From positions 17,422,001-17,486,000 of the forward strand of contig OZ024748.1 in NCBI GenBank assembly GCA_964016885.1: DNA of 64,000 bases, read 5' to 3'. Every line of letters begins with the position of its first letter. The stretch's first letter is position 1. The notes below the pieces were generated by a model that ran no database searches, was not told the origin of the DNA, and was given only the letters and a program-made list of their open reading frames with translations. The DNA comes from Eledone cirrhosa (taxonomy: Eukaryota). Positions 1 to 11,400 of the stretch are shown here, piece by piece. The position numbers and the translations under genes were made by a program.

Positions 1-119
1 TAGAAGGGGAAGAGAAGACAAGAAGCAGAAATAAGGAGAAGGGATATATATATATCAAAGGTACTCAAAATAGTCTCTTACAATAAAATAGCTCTAGGAA
101 AGAGATTTTTCTGAGGCGT

Positions 120-326
120 ATATTATAATTGAATATAAAAGAGAGATAAACACAGATATATACATATATGTGTTCAAATCGTAAGGGACCAGATTCATTA
201 AGGCGAAAAAATACTAACTATGGACAATAGGGTTTGCCAGACTCAATTAGAGAGAGAAAGAGAGAACGATTTGAACACATATATGTATATATCTGTGTTT
301 ATCTCTCTTTATATTCAATTATAATA
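120..326. repeat. Inverted repeat, ~62-bp arms with ~85-bp spacer
   Basis: tattataattgaat...gttcaaatcgt (120-182) is complementary to acgatttgaac...aattataata (266-326). Confidence 0.85.
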
Positions 327-474
327 TATATATATATATATATGCAAAAGTTTTATTTAAAATTGTAGGGTTACAACGAGTAAATATTTTATAACTGATA
401 TAAAAGCACTCAACAGGTTTTGGAGTAGGTTTACGATATTAAACAAATGGAAACTATATTTATAAAACCATATT

Positions 475-540
475 TATTTCATTATATATATTTCAGGGAT
501 ACCATATTAAAAATATGGTATGCCTTCCTCAGACAAAATA
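475..540 (-). ncRNA. Hammerhead motif family A, inverted copy
   Basis: Reverse complement of 1128-1193, in the left arm of the 432-1235 inverted repeat. Confidence 0.7.
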
Positions 541-1127
541 CAATATATAAACCGTTTTATAAATAAATTTAACATACCTAGAACAGTGCAACTTCCATTT
601 AAAAAGTTGATTTGGTAGTGAAAATGTTGAGGACATTTATATATCGGCTGTTTTTTAACTGTATCTCTCCCACCTCGTATGATAGATATTACTCGTTCTA
701 CCTCTTTTCTCCCACCACATATATCTCTCTCTACCTCTCTTTATTTATCATATTTCTTTCCGTATCCTTAACACTATAACTAAATAAATAAATAAATAAA
801 TAATTACAGTACCCCCTTCCCTCCTTAATATCTCATTTGTACCGTGATCATCTGTCTCCAAGCTGCCTATCATTTTTCACTCCCTCAATATATTTCTCTC
901 TCCCATATCTCTTTCTCTCTATCTCGCTCTGTTGCTTTCTTTGCATACATCTCTTCATCTTCTTCTCTAACTGTCCTTAGCGCTATACACTTTCTTTCTT
1001 CTTCTCTTCTTTTTTTCTTCTTTTCTCTTCGTCCTTCTTTTTTAACTGTCCTCAACATTTTCACTACCAAATCAACTTTTTAAATGGAAGTTGCACCAAA
1101 TTTATTTATAAAACGGTTTATATATTG

Positions 1128-1193
1128 TATTTTGTCTGAGGAAGGCATACCATATTTTTAATATGGTATCCCTGAAATATATATAATGAAATA
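1128..1193 (+). ncRNA. Minimal type I hammerhead ribozyme motif, family A
   Basis: Helix I tattttgt/atgaaata (8 bp, 2 G-U); core CTGAGGA; helix II agg-c-ataccatatt/aatatggtat-c-cct; GAA; palindromic helix III ATATATAT; predicted cleavage after A1185. Confidence 0.7.
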
Positions 1194-1233
1194 AATATGG
1201 TTTTATAAATATAGTTTCCATTTGTTTAATATC

Positions 1234-1289
<56 letters not shown>

Positions 1290-1392
1290 AATACTGTCGG
1301 CCCTTGGCTACTATGTTTTCTATACCTTTCATATATATATATATATATTCATTGAATTATTCAACAGAACATGGAAGTTCATCTTTTGCATG

Positions 1393-1464
<72 letters not shown>

Positions 1465-1474
<10 letters not shown>

Positions 1475-1811
1475 TAAAAAAATAATGAATAAAACAATGA
1501 AACAGTTCCTTATATTAAACAAAAAAAGTTCATTATTTAACGATCGTTTCTAGGACATATATGTGTTAGAATTGGCATGCATATTCAAAAGATCTATGTA
1601 CAAAATTATACAAACTATCAAAGAGAATATGTGTGTGTTGGTATGTATATTCTCTTTGATAGTTTGTATAATTTTGTACATAGATCTTTTGAATATGCAT
1701 GCCAATTCTAACACATATATGTCCTAGAAACGATCGTTAAATAATGAACTTTTTTTGTTTAATATAAGGAACTGTTTCATTGTTTTATTCATTATTTTTT
1801 TTATATTTTAT
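1465..1811. repeat. Near-perfect palindrome, ~165-bp arms and ~16-nt loop
   Basis: Arms 1465-1630 and 1647-1811 are complementary. Paralogue at 61964-62391. Confidence 0.95.
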
Positions 1812-1930
1812 CTTGACTCTGTATTCCGTTTATCTTTCACCGAAAGTGATCTCTTCTTTCCATGATATCCGGATTACATTGAGTTCTTCATACGGATTGG
1901 ACACTACCGTAAACTTTTGGTAGATTTATC

Positions 1931-1968
<38 letters not shown>

Positions 1969-2222
1969 TACTTAATTATTTATACAAGGTTTTTGCTTTT
2001 CCTGAGGTGTGTATATATTATGTATCATGACTAATATATCCACACTTTCCATACTGATATGGGTTGGATAGGAGGGTTTTTTAAGACAACATTTTACAGC
2101 CGGATACCCTTCTTCATGCAAAGCTTTTGAGTTGTCTCTTGTGACATGCAAGGATATGGTGTGCCTATTCTAAAATCTGGGATGCATACAGCAATATATA
2201 TATAATTTTGGTACCCTTGAAA

Positions 2223-2706
2223 TCTAAACTATAATAAAGGGAGAAACGCGTGACTGCGTACGGTTTATAATTTTTTATCCAATTAGTAAAATAAGTTGGA
2301 TTACTTTGAATAAATAATGAATGAATATTACATAATTTATCTACTAAATTTCGTGGCTGTTGATTAAATATATTTTGTTTATTTAAAGATTCACTTCTTT
2401 TAAATTTCTGAAATGTCAGCACTTCCGGTTGGCCATCGCTTAAATAAACATACTAATTTTTTGTCACTAATTTTCTCCTAATGCAGTTTATATATAATAT
2501 CGTCTTTTTTAATGTATCATGGATTACGTTACTGATTACATAAGACAGTGTAACGCAGTCTTCGTTCAATTTCTATGTATTATATATTGTCAATTACGAT
2601 TTTATTTGATGTATCATATCTACATGTATATATACCTGCGTATAATATCAATATACACACTCCACATGCTAGCAGAAAACCACCCTTCGGGTGGTTTTTC
2701 TGCTAG
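2223..2706 (+). mobile_element. Probable non-autonomous Helitron
   Basis: Starts TCTAAACTATAATAAAG after an A. Ends with hairpin ctagcagaaaaccaccc-ttcg-ggtggtttttctg and CTAG before a T. No target-site duplication (TSD). Confidence 0.55.
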
Positions 2707-2975
2707 TATATATAATAAAATAAATATGGTTTTATAAATATAGTTTCCATTTATTAATATCATTGATATTATACTCCAGAAGAAATCTGTAGAGTGCTTC
2801 GAATCTGTTATAAATAAATTTGTTGAATAACCTACAAATTAAATAGCTCTTTGCTTCTATGTATGTATATTTGTGTGTGCATGTGTATGAGTCCCAGGTT
2901 CAATTGGGGTTAACCACAGTTAGTAAAGTACTCAATACATTAGTAGAGTGTAAACATCAAGGCTAATATAGAAAT

Positions 2976-3025
2976 GGCTTTTACAGGACTAGAGATGTTT
3001 CATTCAAAATAAATCATCAGGAAAC
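2976..3025 (-). ncRNA. Hammerhead motif family D, degenerate, followed by an inverted degenerate copy at ~3030-3080
   Basis: Minus strand reads gtttc CTGATGA tttattttgaat GAA acatctctagtcctgt a aaagcc. Confidence 0.45.
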
Positions 3026-3386
3026 TCAGCTCTCCTCGTGCTTTCTTTTGAATGAGACAGCTCTAGTCCTGTAGAAGCCATATCTATATCTATCTATCTA
3101 TTTATATATATACAATATATTTAGAAACACACAGATACATACGGACACACACACATACATGAATGCATCCACACCCAACCGTGAGTTAATGGTGCCAACC
3201 TTACCGATGTTGCTCTGTGATAAGTCGGCAGACCTCGCAAGGGCTCTATATCTTTATGATGTATTGTTTTTGTTTATGCCACGAAACTACGTAGTCGAGG
3301 AATCTAGGAACAGTTTAGGTATGATACATTTTATTACTAATTATATCTAAATGTTTCTTCTCTCTTCATAATGTATTTATATATAT

Positions 3387-3452
<66 letters not shown>

Positions 3453-3599
3453 ATCATTATGTATTTTTCACTAAGTATAGTTTTTTTCAAAGAACTCCCA
3501 TTCTTTAAATCCATCAGCCAATGACCTCCACCCATCCCAATCACCATCTTCCCTTACCACCCAAAAATATGTAAACACCACCATATCACATTGACAGTC

Positions 3600-3651
3600 G
3601 GCTTTCCTGAGGATTTCCTTCGAATGAAACAGTTCTAGTCCTGTAGAAGCC
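3600..3651 (+). ncRNA. Type I hammerhead motif family D, with a closed helix III
   Basis: Helix I ggct(t)tc/gaagcc; core CTGAGGA; helix II U.U then ttc-cttc-gaa; GAA; helix III acag-ttctagtc-ctgt; GUA site after 3645. Confidence 0.7.
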
Positions 3652-3654
3652 ATT

Positions 3655-3687
<33 letters not shown>

Positions 3688-3828
3688 CACGTGTTATATA
3701 TATATATTTATATATATATAAATGTAAGTATGTGTGTATACGTACATACATATATGTATACAGACGTACAGTAGCATGCATATATACATAAGAGTGAGAA
3801 ATGAAATTTCGTTTTCATTTTATTTCAA

Positions 3829-3880
<52 letters not shown>

Positions 3881-3886
3881 CACGTG

Positions 3887-3945
<59 letters not shown>

Positions 3946-3952
3946 CACGTGT

Positions 3953-3983
<31 letters not shown>

Positions 3984-3988
3984 ACGTG

Positions 3989-4041
<53 letters not shown>

Positions 4042-4042
<1 letters not shown>

Positions 4043-4253
4043 GTGTGGCGGAGTGGTTAGAGAATTGGATTCGCAATCGTAAGGTTGTGAGTTCGATTCC
4101 TGGACCAGGCGATGCGTTATGTCCTTGAGCAAGACACTTTATTTCACGTTGCTCCTTCTACCTGGAGTTGCGACCGATAGATAGTATTAGCAATTGGAAA
4201 GACCAACGGAAACATTGTTCCTTCGGTCCGATTTGACGAAAGTCGATCGTTCC
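4042..4253 (+). mobile_element. tRNA-derived SINE, family 1
   Basis: A box tggcggagtggttag, B box gagttcgattcc, central gtccttgagcaagacactt. Multiple copies in the window. Confidence 0.85.
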
Positions 4254-4730
4254 ATTCATATATATACACACACATATATTAGATATTGTTGATTGAGACT
4301 AGTAAGACGATTATTCAACTTAATATTCCATACTTTACATAGAGTACAGTAGAGTAAAGATGTAAACCTTATGGAGGTGAGGTGGGGGGGGGGTATACAG
4401 TTTTGTTGTTGTTGTTGTTGTTGTATCAATTGCTTTACCAAACTTTGATGACGTTGTGAATTATGTTTTACCTATGACCTTTTCAAACTATGCAAAATTC
4501 CTAATAAAATTAAAATCACTAATTAATGAATATATTTTCTTATGGCAAATGTTAATTAGTAATAATGACTTTCTTCAATTAGAATGTTATGAATTGCCAT
4601 TAGAAGTAAACAGAGAAAGATTTAATTAATGAAAACAAATGTATATTCACTTTGATAATTGTAGGTTTTAATAAATGTCGTCTGCAACATAAGAGCAATA
4701 GATAGAATTATATTTTCCTAATAAGCACTG

Positions 4731-5172
4731 TCAGGCCAGTCATAGTCCTGCTACTGGTACCATGTAACCCAATATAATCTGTTTCATAGTAGAGTTTGAG
4801 TGGTCGGTGATTAAAATAGCTCCCCCACAAGGCCCTGGTCTGGTTTGGTCAGTCTTAGGCCTGCTACTCGAACTATGTAACCCATTACAACCTATTTCAT
4901 GGATGAGGTTGAATTTTTGGTGATTCAAACAGCTTCCCTACAAGGCCCTGGTCTGGTCAGGCCAGTAAATAGGCCTGCTACTGGTACAATGTCACCCAGT
5001 TCAACCTTTTTCATGGTTGAGGTTGAGTGGTCAGTGATTAGACCAGCTCCTCCACAAGGCCCTGGTCTGGTCAGGTCAGCCTTGTGCTAATGGTACCATG
5101 TCACCCAGTACAATCTGTTTCATGGTTGAGTGGACAGTGATTAGACCAGCTCCCCCCATCAGGCCCTGGTCA
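4731..5172. repeat. Degenerate tandem repeat, ~113-bp unit x 4
   Basis: ggccctggtc recurs at 4831, 4944, 5058 and 5162. Confidence 0.85.
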
Positions 5173-5949
5173 GGTGGGGAGGGGCGAGGGGTTGAAGTGG
5201 AACCACAGCAGAGAAAAAAAACAAGAGATGTTTAAGGGATGGATGAACTCCTCAGATTCAATGGCCATCCACCCCAACTATGGGTTAAATAGCCTCACCA
5301 ACTCACAATTGGCCAAGAGGAACAAGTAGAGAAAGAGGGGGAGGAAAAAGAGAAGAAAACAAAAGAGAATAATAATAAGAAAACAAAGAAGAAAACAAGA
5401 AGTAGAAGAAAAAGAAAACGAAGAAGAAGAAAACAAAGAAGAAGTAGTAGTTGTTGTTGAATTAACTTTGGTATTCATAACTCATTTTCCAACAGAATAG
5501 TTGCATTCTTAGTGGAATATTGGTTCTATAGAGATTACTACTGAATCATAAGTTAAAATGCTGAGATAAAAGTCTAACTTCATATTTCCCTCCAACCTTT
5601 TTGACATCTCTTCTTCTTTACCCTGTAACTTGACATTTGAAAAGTTGTCCGAAACGTCAACATATATTCCTTTTCTCAGTTTATATTCTTTAGTTCGTTT
5701 GTTTTCTCCTTCCTCTCATAATTTGTTTTGCCATCAGCTAAACCAGAGTTTCTCAAATGTTTTGGGCTACGCTACCCTCACAGCCATGTAATACCCTCAG
5801 CACCCCACAACCCTATTTCCAGAGAAACCTACCTACACGCAAATTGTAAATAATATATAATAAATAACATCGTTAATTTATATATAATAAATAATACAAT
5901 ATATACTATCTATCAATAAATATTAAATATTTTTTATTGAACTATGGAC

Positions 5950-6152
5950 AATCGATCGACTTACGTCAAATTAGACCGAGGAAACAATGTTTCTATTGGT
6001 CTTTCTAATTGCTAATACTATCTATCGGTCACAACTCCAGGTGAAATAAAGTGTCTTGCCCAAGGACACAACACATCACCCAGTCCAGGAATAGAACTCA
6101 CATTCCTCACAATTGCGTATCCAATTCTCTAACTACTTAGCTATGCGCTTTC
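5950..6152 (-). mobile_element. SINE family 1
   Basis: Reverse-complement similarity to 4042-4253. Confidence 0.8.
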
Positions 6153-6202
6153 ATTTATTGAACTATATTTATATATAATATATATCATTTGATATTTAAT
6201 AT

Positions 6203-6292
6203 AATTGTTTCTACGTTTGGCACAATGCCAGCAAATACCCAGTGCATTACTGGTACTTTATTTTATCGACCCCGTAAGGATGAAAGGCAAAG
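6203..6292 (-). mobile_element. SINE family 2, 3' fragment
   Basis: cccagtgcattactggtactttattttatcgacccc matches the reverse complement of 39140-39232. Confidence 0.75.
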
Positions 6293-6724
6293 TTATTATA
6301 TCATCTCTACCACCTCCTTAGGCTCCAGTGCCCCCTGGTTCTTCTCAATTCTCCCAGGGGTCGGCAGTGCCCATTTTGAGAACCACTGAGCTAAATGAAC
6401 TCAAGCAATTTAGAATACAAATTCCAGGAAAACAACTTGAAGTAGCTTAACTTTGATATTCGTAAGTCATTTTCCAATAGGCACAGAACAGTGTGATATT
6501 GAAGTAGTGAACATTGGTTATATAGCTCCTACAGAATCGGAACTTAAAATATATTGAAAAAGTCTAAGCAAATGGCTTTTCAAATACTCAAGTGACTTCC
6601 ATTTTGTGGTAGACGCTGGCAATGTATTAAAAACGTCCACAATTACCAATGCCGTGTTTTAGTTTTCTGTTGAAGTACAAATCAATTGTCTTGGAAAATT
6701 ATTTGCCTCTTCTTGAATAGTGTC

Positions 6725-7375
6725 CTGGTTGTTGTTGTTGTTACTGTGGTTGTTGTTGTTACTGTGGCTGTCGTTATTGTTACTGTTGTTGTTGTTATTA
6801 CAGTGGCTGTTTTCGTTGTTACTGTTGTTGTTGTTATGACAGTAGCTGTCGTGTTACTGTTGTTGTTGTTATTACAGTGGCTGTTTTCGTTGTTACTGTT
6901 GTTGTTGTTATGACAGTAGCTGTCGTGTTACTGTGGCTGTTGTTGTTACTGTGGCTGTCGTTTTTGTTACTGTTGCTGTTGTTATTATTAGTGTGGCTGT
7001 CGTTGTGCTACTGTTGTTACTGTTGTTGTTGTTGTGGCTGTCATGTTACTGTTGTTACTATCATTACTGTGGCTGTTGTTGTTATTTTTATTATTACTGT
7101 GGCTGCATTGTTATTATTACTGTGGCTGCTGTTGTTGTTGTTACTGAGGCTACCGTTGCTGTTGTTGTTGTTGTTATAACTGTGGCTGTCGTGTTACTGT
7201 TATTGTTGTTCGTATTGTGTCTGTCGTTGTTACTGTTGTTATTGTAACAGGTGTCATCGTAGCTTTAGCTGTTTTTGTTTTTGTTGTTACTGTTTTACCA
7301 TTATTGTTTTTTTGTTGTAGCTATGGTTGTTGTTATTGTTGCTGACATTGTTGTTGTTATTACTGTTGTTGTTAG
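6725..7375. repeat. Degenerate (GTT)n / gttactgtggct low-complexity tract
   Basis: Read directly. Confidence 0.9.
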
Positions 7376-8184
7376 ATGAATTAAAATCTATTTTACTATG
7401 TAATAGTGACATAAGTGTCAGCAAACATGACATTCACTGAAGCGCAATTTTCAAGGAACGGTTTCATGGGGAGGTGAAATTTGTCTTTTCAAACTGTTAA
7501 TGTCATTGTTGTTATTGTCACACTTGTTGCTGTAATTCTATCATCACCATCATCATCATTATTATTTTGACTGCTACTACTACTACTACTGCTGTTGTTA
7601 TTGTTGTATTTTATTTTCAGAAAACATTCAATGTAATTACAAAACCAAAAAACATAATAATAATAATAATAATAATAATAGTAATAATAATAATAAAACG
7701 AAATAATTTGAATACGTTAGTGCCAAATGGTTGTTGTTTACTAAGATTTTAAAATGCCAATAATTTGAAATGTAGGAAATCATACATCTGATCAACACGT
7801 TCCTTTTTGGAATTGGTGCTATCACATTTTCCTTTTCAACAAACTTTTATTGGCAACCATATTCTCTAATTGACTTCCTGCAAATATTCCTGTAGAACAT
7901 TCTAAACTAAATGTTTGGTGACAAAGAATGAAAATTGCAATTGCAAAGATGAAGAAAAAAAAAATAGGATGAATATGATGATGATGAGGAGAAGATATAA
8001 GAAAAAAAAAAACATGAAGCACCATACTTAACTATTACATTTAGTTTTGTGCAGTTTTGAACAGTTTGAAAACATTTTAATTCCAGTTGATTCAGCTTCA
8101 TAGAAGAAAGTAGATTCTTCGATACAGTGTTTAATATAAATTTCTAGAAAGTTGGGGGCTGGTGCTATATATATATTCATATAA

Positions 8185-8450
8185 TCATCATCGTCTAACA
8201 TCTATTTTCATTGCTTGCATGAGTTAGACAGGTTGTCCCATTATGAGGCTAGCAAAGTCAGGTGACCAATGTCGTGTTGAAACAAACAGATCTGTTTTAT
8301 TGCTTTGGTTTTCTATGATTGGATGCCTGTCCTAACACCAACCATGTTAGGGCATTGAACCATGTATTACCAGCTATTTTTGTGGCATCAGCCCCACCAA
8401 CTTATAAGATGGACTAGACGATTGGTTGGTTTTTTTGACATGGTATCAGC
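8185..8450 (-). mobile_element. Diverged SINE-like family 3 copy, (GAT)n-tailed, running directly into the 48-bp array
   Basis: catcatcgtctaacatctattttc...ggatgcctgtcctaacaccaacc aligns to 45250-45520 and to the reverse complement of 58620-58906. Confidence 0.7.
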
Positions 8451-11400
8451 ATGACCACTTTACAAGGTGGAATGTGTGGCTGTCGTCATGTCACCAATAT
8501 GACCTCTTTACAAGGTGGAATGTGTGGCTGTCGTCATGTCACCAATATGACCACTTTACAAGGTGGAATGTGTGGCTGTCGTCATGTCACCAATATGACC
8601 ACTTTACAAGGTGGAATGTGTGGCTGTAGTCATGTCACCAATATGACCACTTTACAAGGTGGAATGTCTGGCTGTCGTCATGTCACCAATATGACCTCTT
8701 TACAAGGTGGAATGTCTGGCTGTAGTCATGTCACCAATATGACCACTTTACAAGGTGGAATGTGTGGCTGTAGTCATGTCACCAATATGACCACTTTACA
8801 AGGTGGAATGTGTGGCTGTAGTCATGTCACCAATATGACCACTTTACAAGGTGGAATGTCTGGCTGTCGTCATGTCACCAATATGACCACTTTACAAGGT
8901 GGAATGTCTGGCTGTAGTCATGTCACCAATATGACCACTTTACAAGGTGGAATGTCTGGCTGTCGTCATGTCACCAATATGACCACTTTACAAGGTGGAA
9001 TGTCTGGCTGTCGTCATGTCACCAATATGACCACTTTACAAGGTGGAATGTCTGGCTGTCGTCATGTCACCAATATGACCACTTTACAAGGTGGAATGTC
9101 TGGCTGTAGTCATGTCACCAATATGACCTCTTTACAAGGTGGAATGTGTGGCTGTCGTCATGTCACCAATATGACCACTTTACAAGGTGGAATGTCTGGC
9201 TGTAGTCATGTCACCAATATGACCACTTTACAAGGTGGAATGTGTGGCTGTCGTCATGTCACCAATATGACCACTTTACAAGGTGGAATGTCTGGCTGTA
9301 GTCATGTCACCAATATGACCACTTTACAAGGTGGAATGTCTGGCTGTAGTCATGTCACCAATATGACCACTTTACAAGGTGGAATGTCTGGCTGTAGTCA
9401 TGTCACCAATATGACCACTTTACAAGGTGGAATGTGTGGCTGTCGTCATGTCACCAATATGACCTCTTTACAAGGTGGAATGTGTGGCTGTCGTCATGTC
9501 ACCAATATGACCACTTTACAAGGTGGAATGTGTGGCTGTAGTCATGTCACCAATATGACCTCTTTACAAGGTGGAATGTCTGGCTGTAGTCATGTCACCA
9601 ATATGACCTCTTTACAAGGTGGAATGTCTGGCTGTAGTCATGTCACCAATATGACCTCTTTACAAGGTGGAATGTCTGGCTGTAGTCATGTCACCAATAT
9701 GACCACTTTACAAGGTGGAATGTCTGGCTGTCGTCATGTCACCAATATGACCTCTTTACAAGGTGGAATGTGTGGCTGTAGTCATGTCACCAATATGACC
9801 TCTTTACAAGGTGGAATGTGTGGCTGTCGTCATGTCACCAATATGACCACTTTACAAGGTGGAATGTGTGGCTGTAGTCATGTCACCAATATGACCTCTT
9901 TACAAGGTGGAATGTCTGGCTGTCGTCATGTCACCAATATGACCACTTTACAAGGTGGAATGTGTGGCTGTCGTCATGTCACCAATATGACCTCTTTACA
10001 AGGTGGAATGTCTGGCTGTAGTCATGTCACCAATATGACCACTTTACAAGGTGGAATGTGTGGCTGTAGTCATGTCACCAATATGACCTCTTTACAAGGT
10101 GGAATGTCTGGCTGTAGTCATGTCACCAATATGACCACTTTACAAGGTGGAATGTGTGGCTGTAGTCATGTCACCAATATGACCTCTTTACAAGGTGGAA
10201 TGTGTGGCTGTAGTCATGTCACCAATATGACCACTTTACAAGGTGGAATGTGTGGCTGTCGTCATGTCACCAATATGACCTCTTTACAAGGTGGAATGTC
10301 TGGCTGTCGTCATGTCACCAATATGACCACTTTACAAGGTGGAATGTCTGGCTGTAGTCATGTCACCAATATGACCACTTTACAAGGTGGAATGTGTGGC
10401 TGTAGTCATGTCACCAATATGACCACTTTACAAGGTGGAATGTGTGGCTGTAGTCATGTCACCAATATGACCACTTTACAAGGTGGAATGTGTGGCTGTA
10501 GTCATGTCACCAATATGACCACTTTACAAGGTGGAATGTGTGGCTGTAGTCATGTCACCAATATGACCTCTTTACAAGGTGGAATGTCTGGCTGTCGTCA
10601 TGTCACCAATATGACCACTTTACAAGGTGGAATGTCTGGCTGTCGTCATGTCACCAATATGACCACTTTACAAGGTGGAATGTGTGGCTGTCGTCATGTC
10701 ACCAATATGACCACTTTACAAGGTGGAATGTGTGGCTGTCGTCATGTCACCAATATGACCTCTTTACAAGGTGGAATGTCTGGCTGTCGTCATGTCACCA
10801 ATATGACCACTTTACAAGGTGGAATGTCTGGCTGTCGTCATGTCACCAATATGACCACTTTACAAGGTGGAATGTGTGGCTGTCGTCATGTCACCAATAT
10901 GACCACTTTACAAGGTGGAATGTCTGGCTGTCGTCATGTCACCAATATGACCACTTTACAAGGTGGAATGTGTGGCTGTCGTCATGTCACCAATATGACC
11001 ACTTTACAAGGTGGAATGTCTGGCTGTCGTCATGTCACCAATATGACCACTTTACAAGGTGGAATGTGTGGCTGTCGTCATGTCACCAATATGACCACTT
11101 TACAAGGTGGAATGTCTGGCTGTCGTCATGTCACCAATATGACCACTTTACAAGGTGGAATGTGTGGCTGTAGTCATGTCACCAATATGACCACTTTACA
11201 AGGTGGAATGTCTGGCTGTCGTCATGTCACCAATATGACCACTTTACAAGGTGGAATGTCTGGCTGTAGTCATGTCACCAATATGACCACTTTACAAGGT
11301 GGAATGTCTGGCTGTCGTCATGTCACCAATATGACCACTTTACAAGGTGGAATGTCTGGCTGTCGTCATGTCACCAATATGACCACTTTACAAGGTGGAA

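Larger units (their letters stand above)
432..1235. mobile_element. Inverted pair (~200-bp arms) of a hammerhead-carrying, Penelope-like non-autonomous element
   Basis: 432-636 is the reverse complement of 1047-1235, with one small deletion. The same family occurs at 32624-33030 and 61595-61797. Confidence 0.7.
5744..6388. mobile_element. hAT (Charlie-like) MITE with nested SINE insertions
   Basis: Terminal inverted repeats (TIRs) cagagtttctcaaa / tttgagaaccactg; 8-bp TSD agctaaac / agctaaat. Confidence 0.75.

Noticed and set aside
408-426. ACTC-AA-stem-GAG motif as a twister ribozyme
   Set aside because: It shares only the AA-stem-GAG look. The other conserved twister segments and pseudoknots were not found.
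4042-4110. tRNA gene
   Set aside because: The A and B boxes belong to a multi-copy SINE head. It has no complete cloverleaf and continues into SINE body sequence.
6400-8150. Possible minus-strand host exons between microsatellites; also 36330-36650 and 29450-30000
   Set aside because: Short frames with stops, no recognisable protein similarity and no consistent splice phase.
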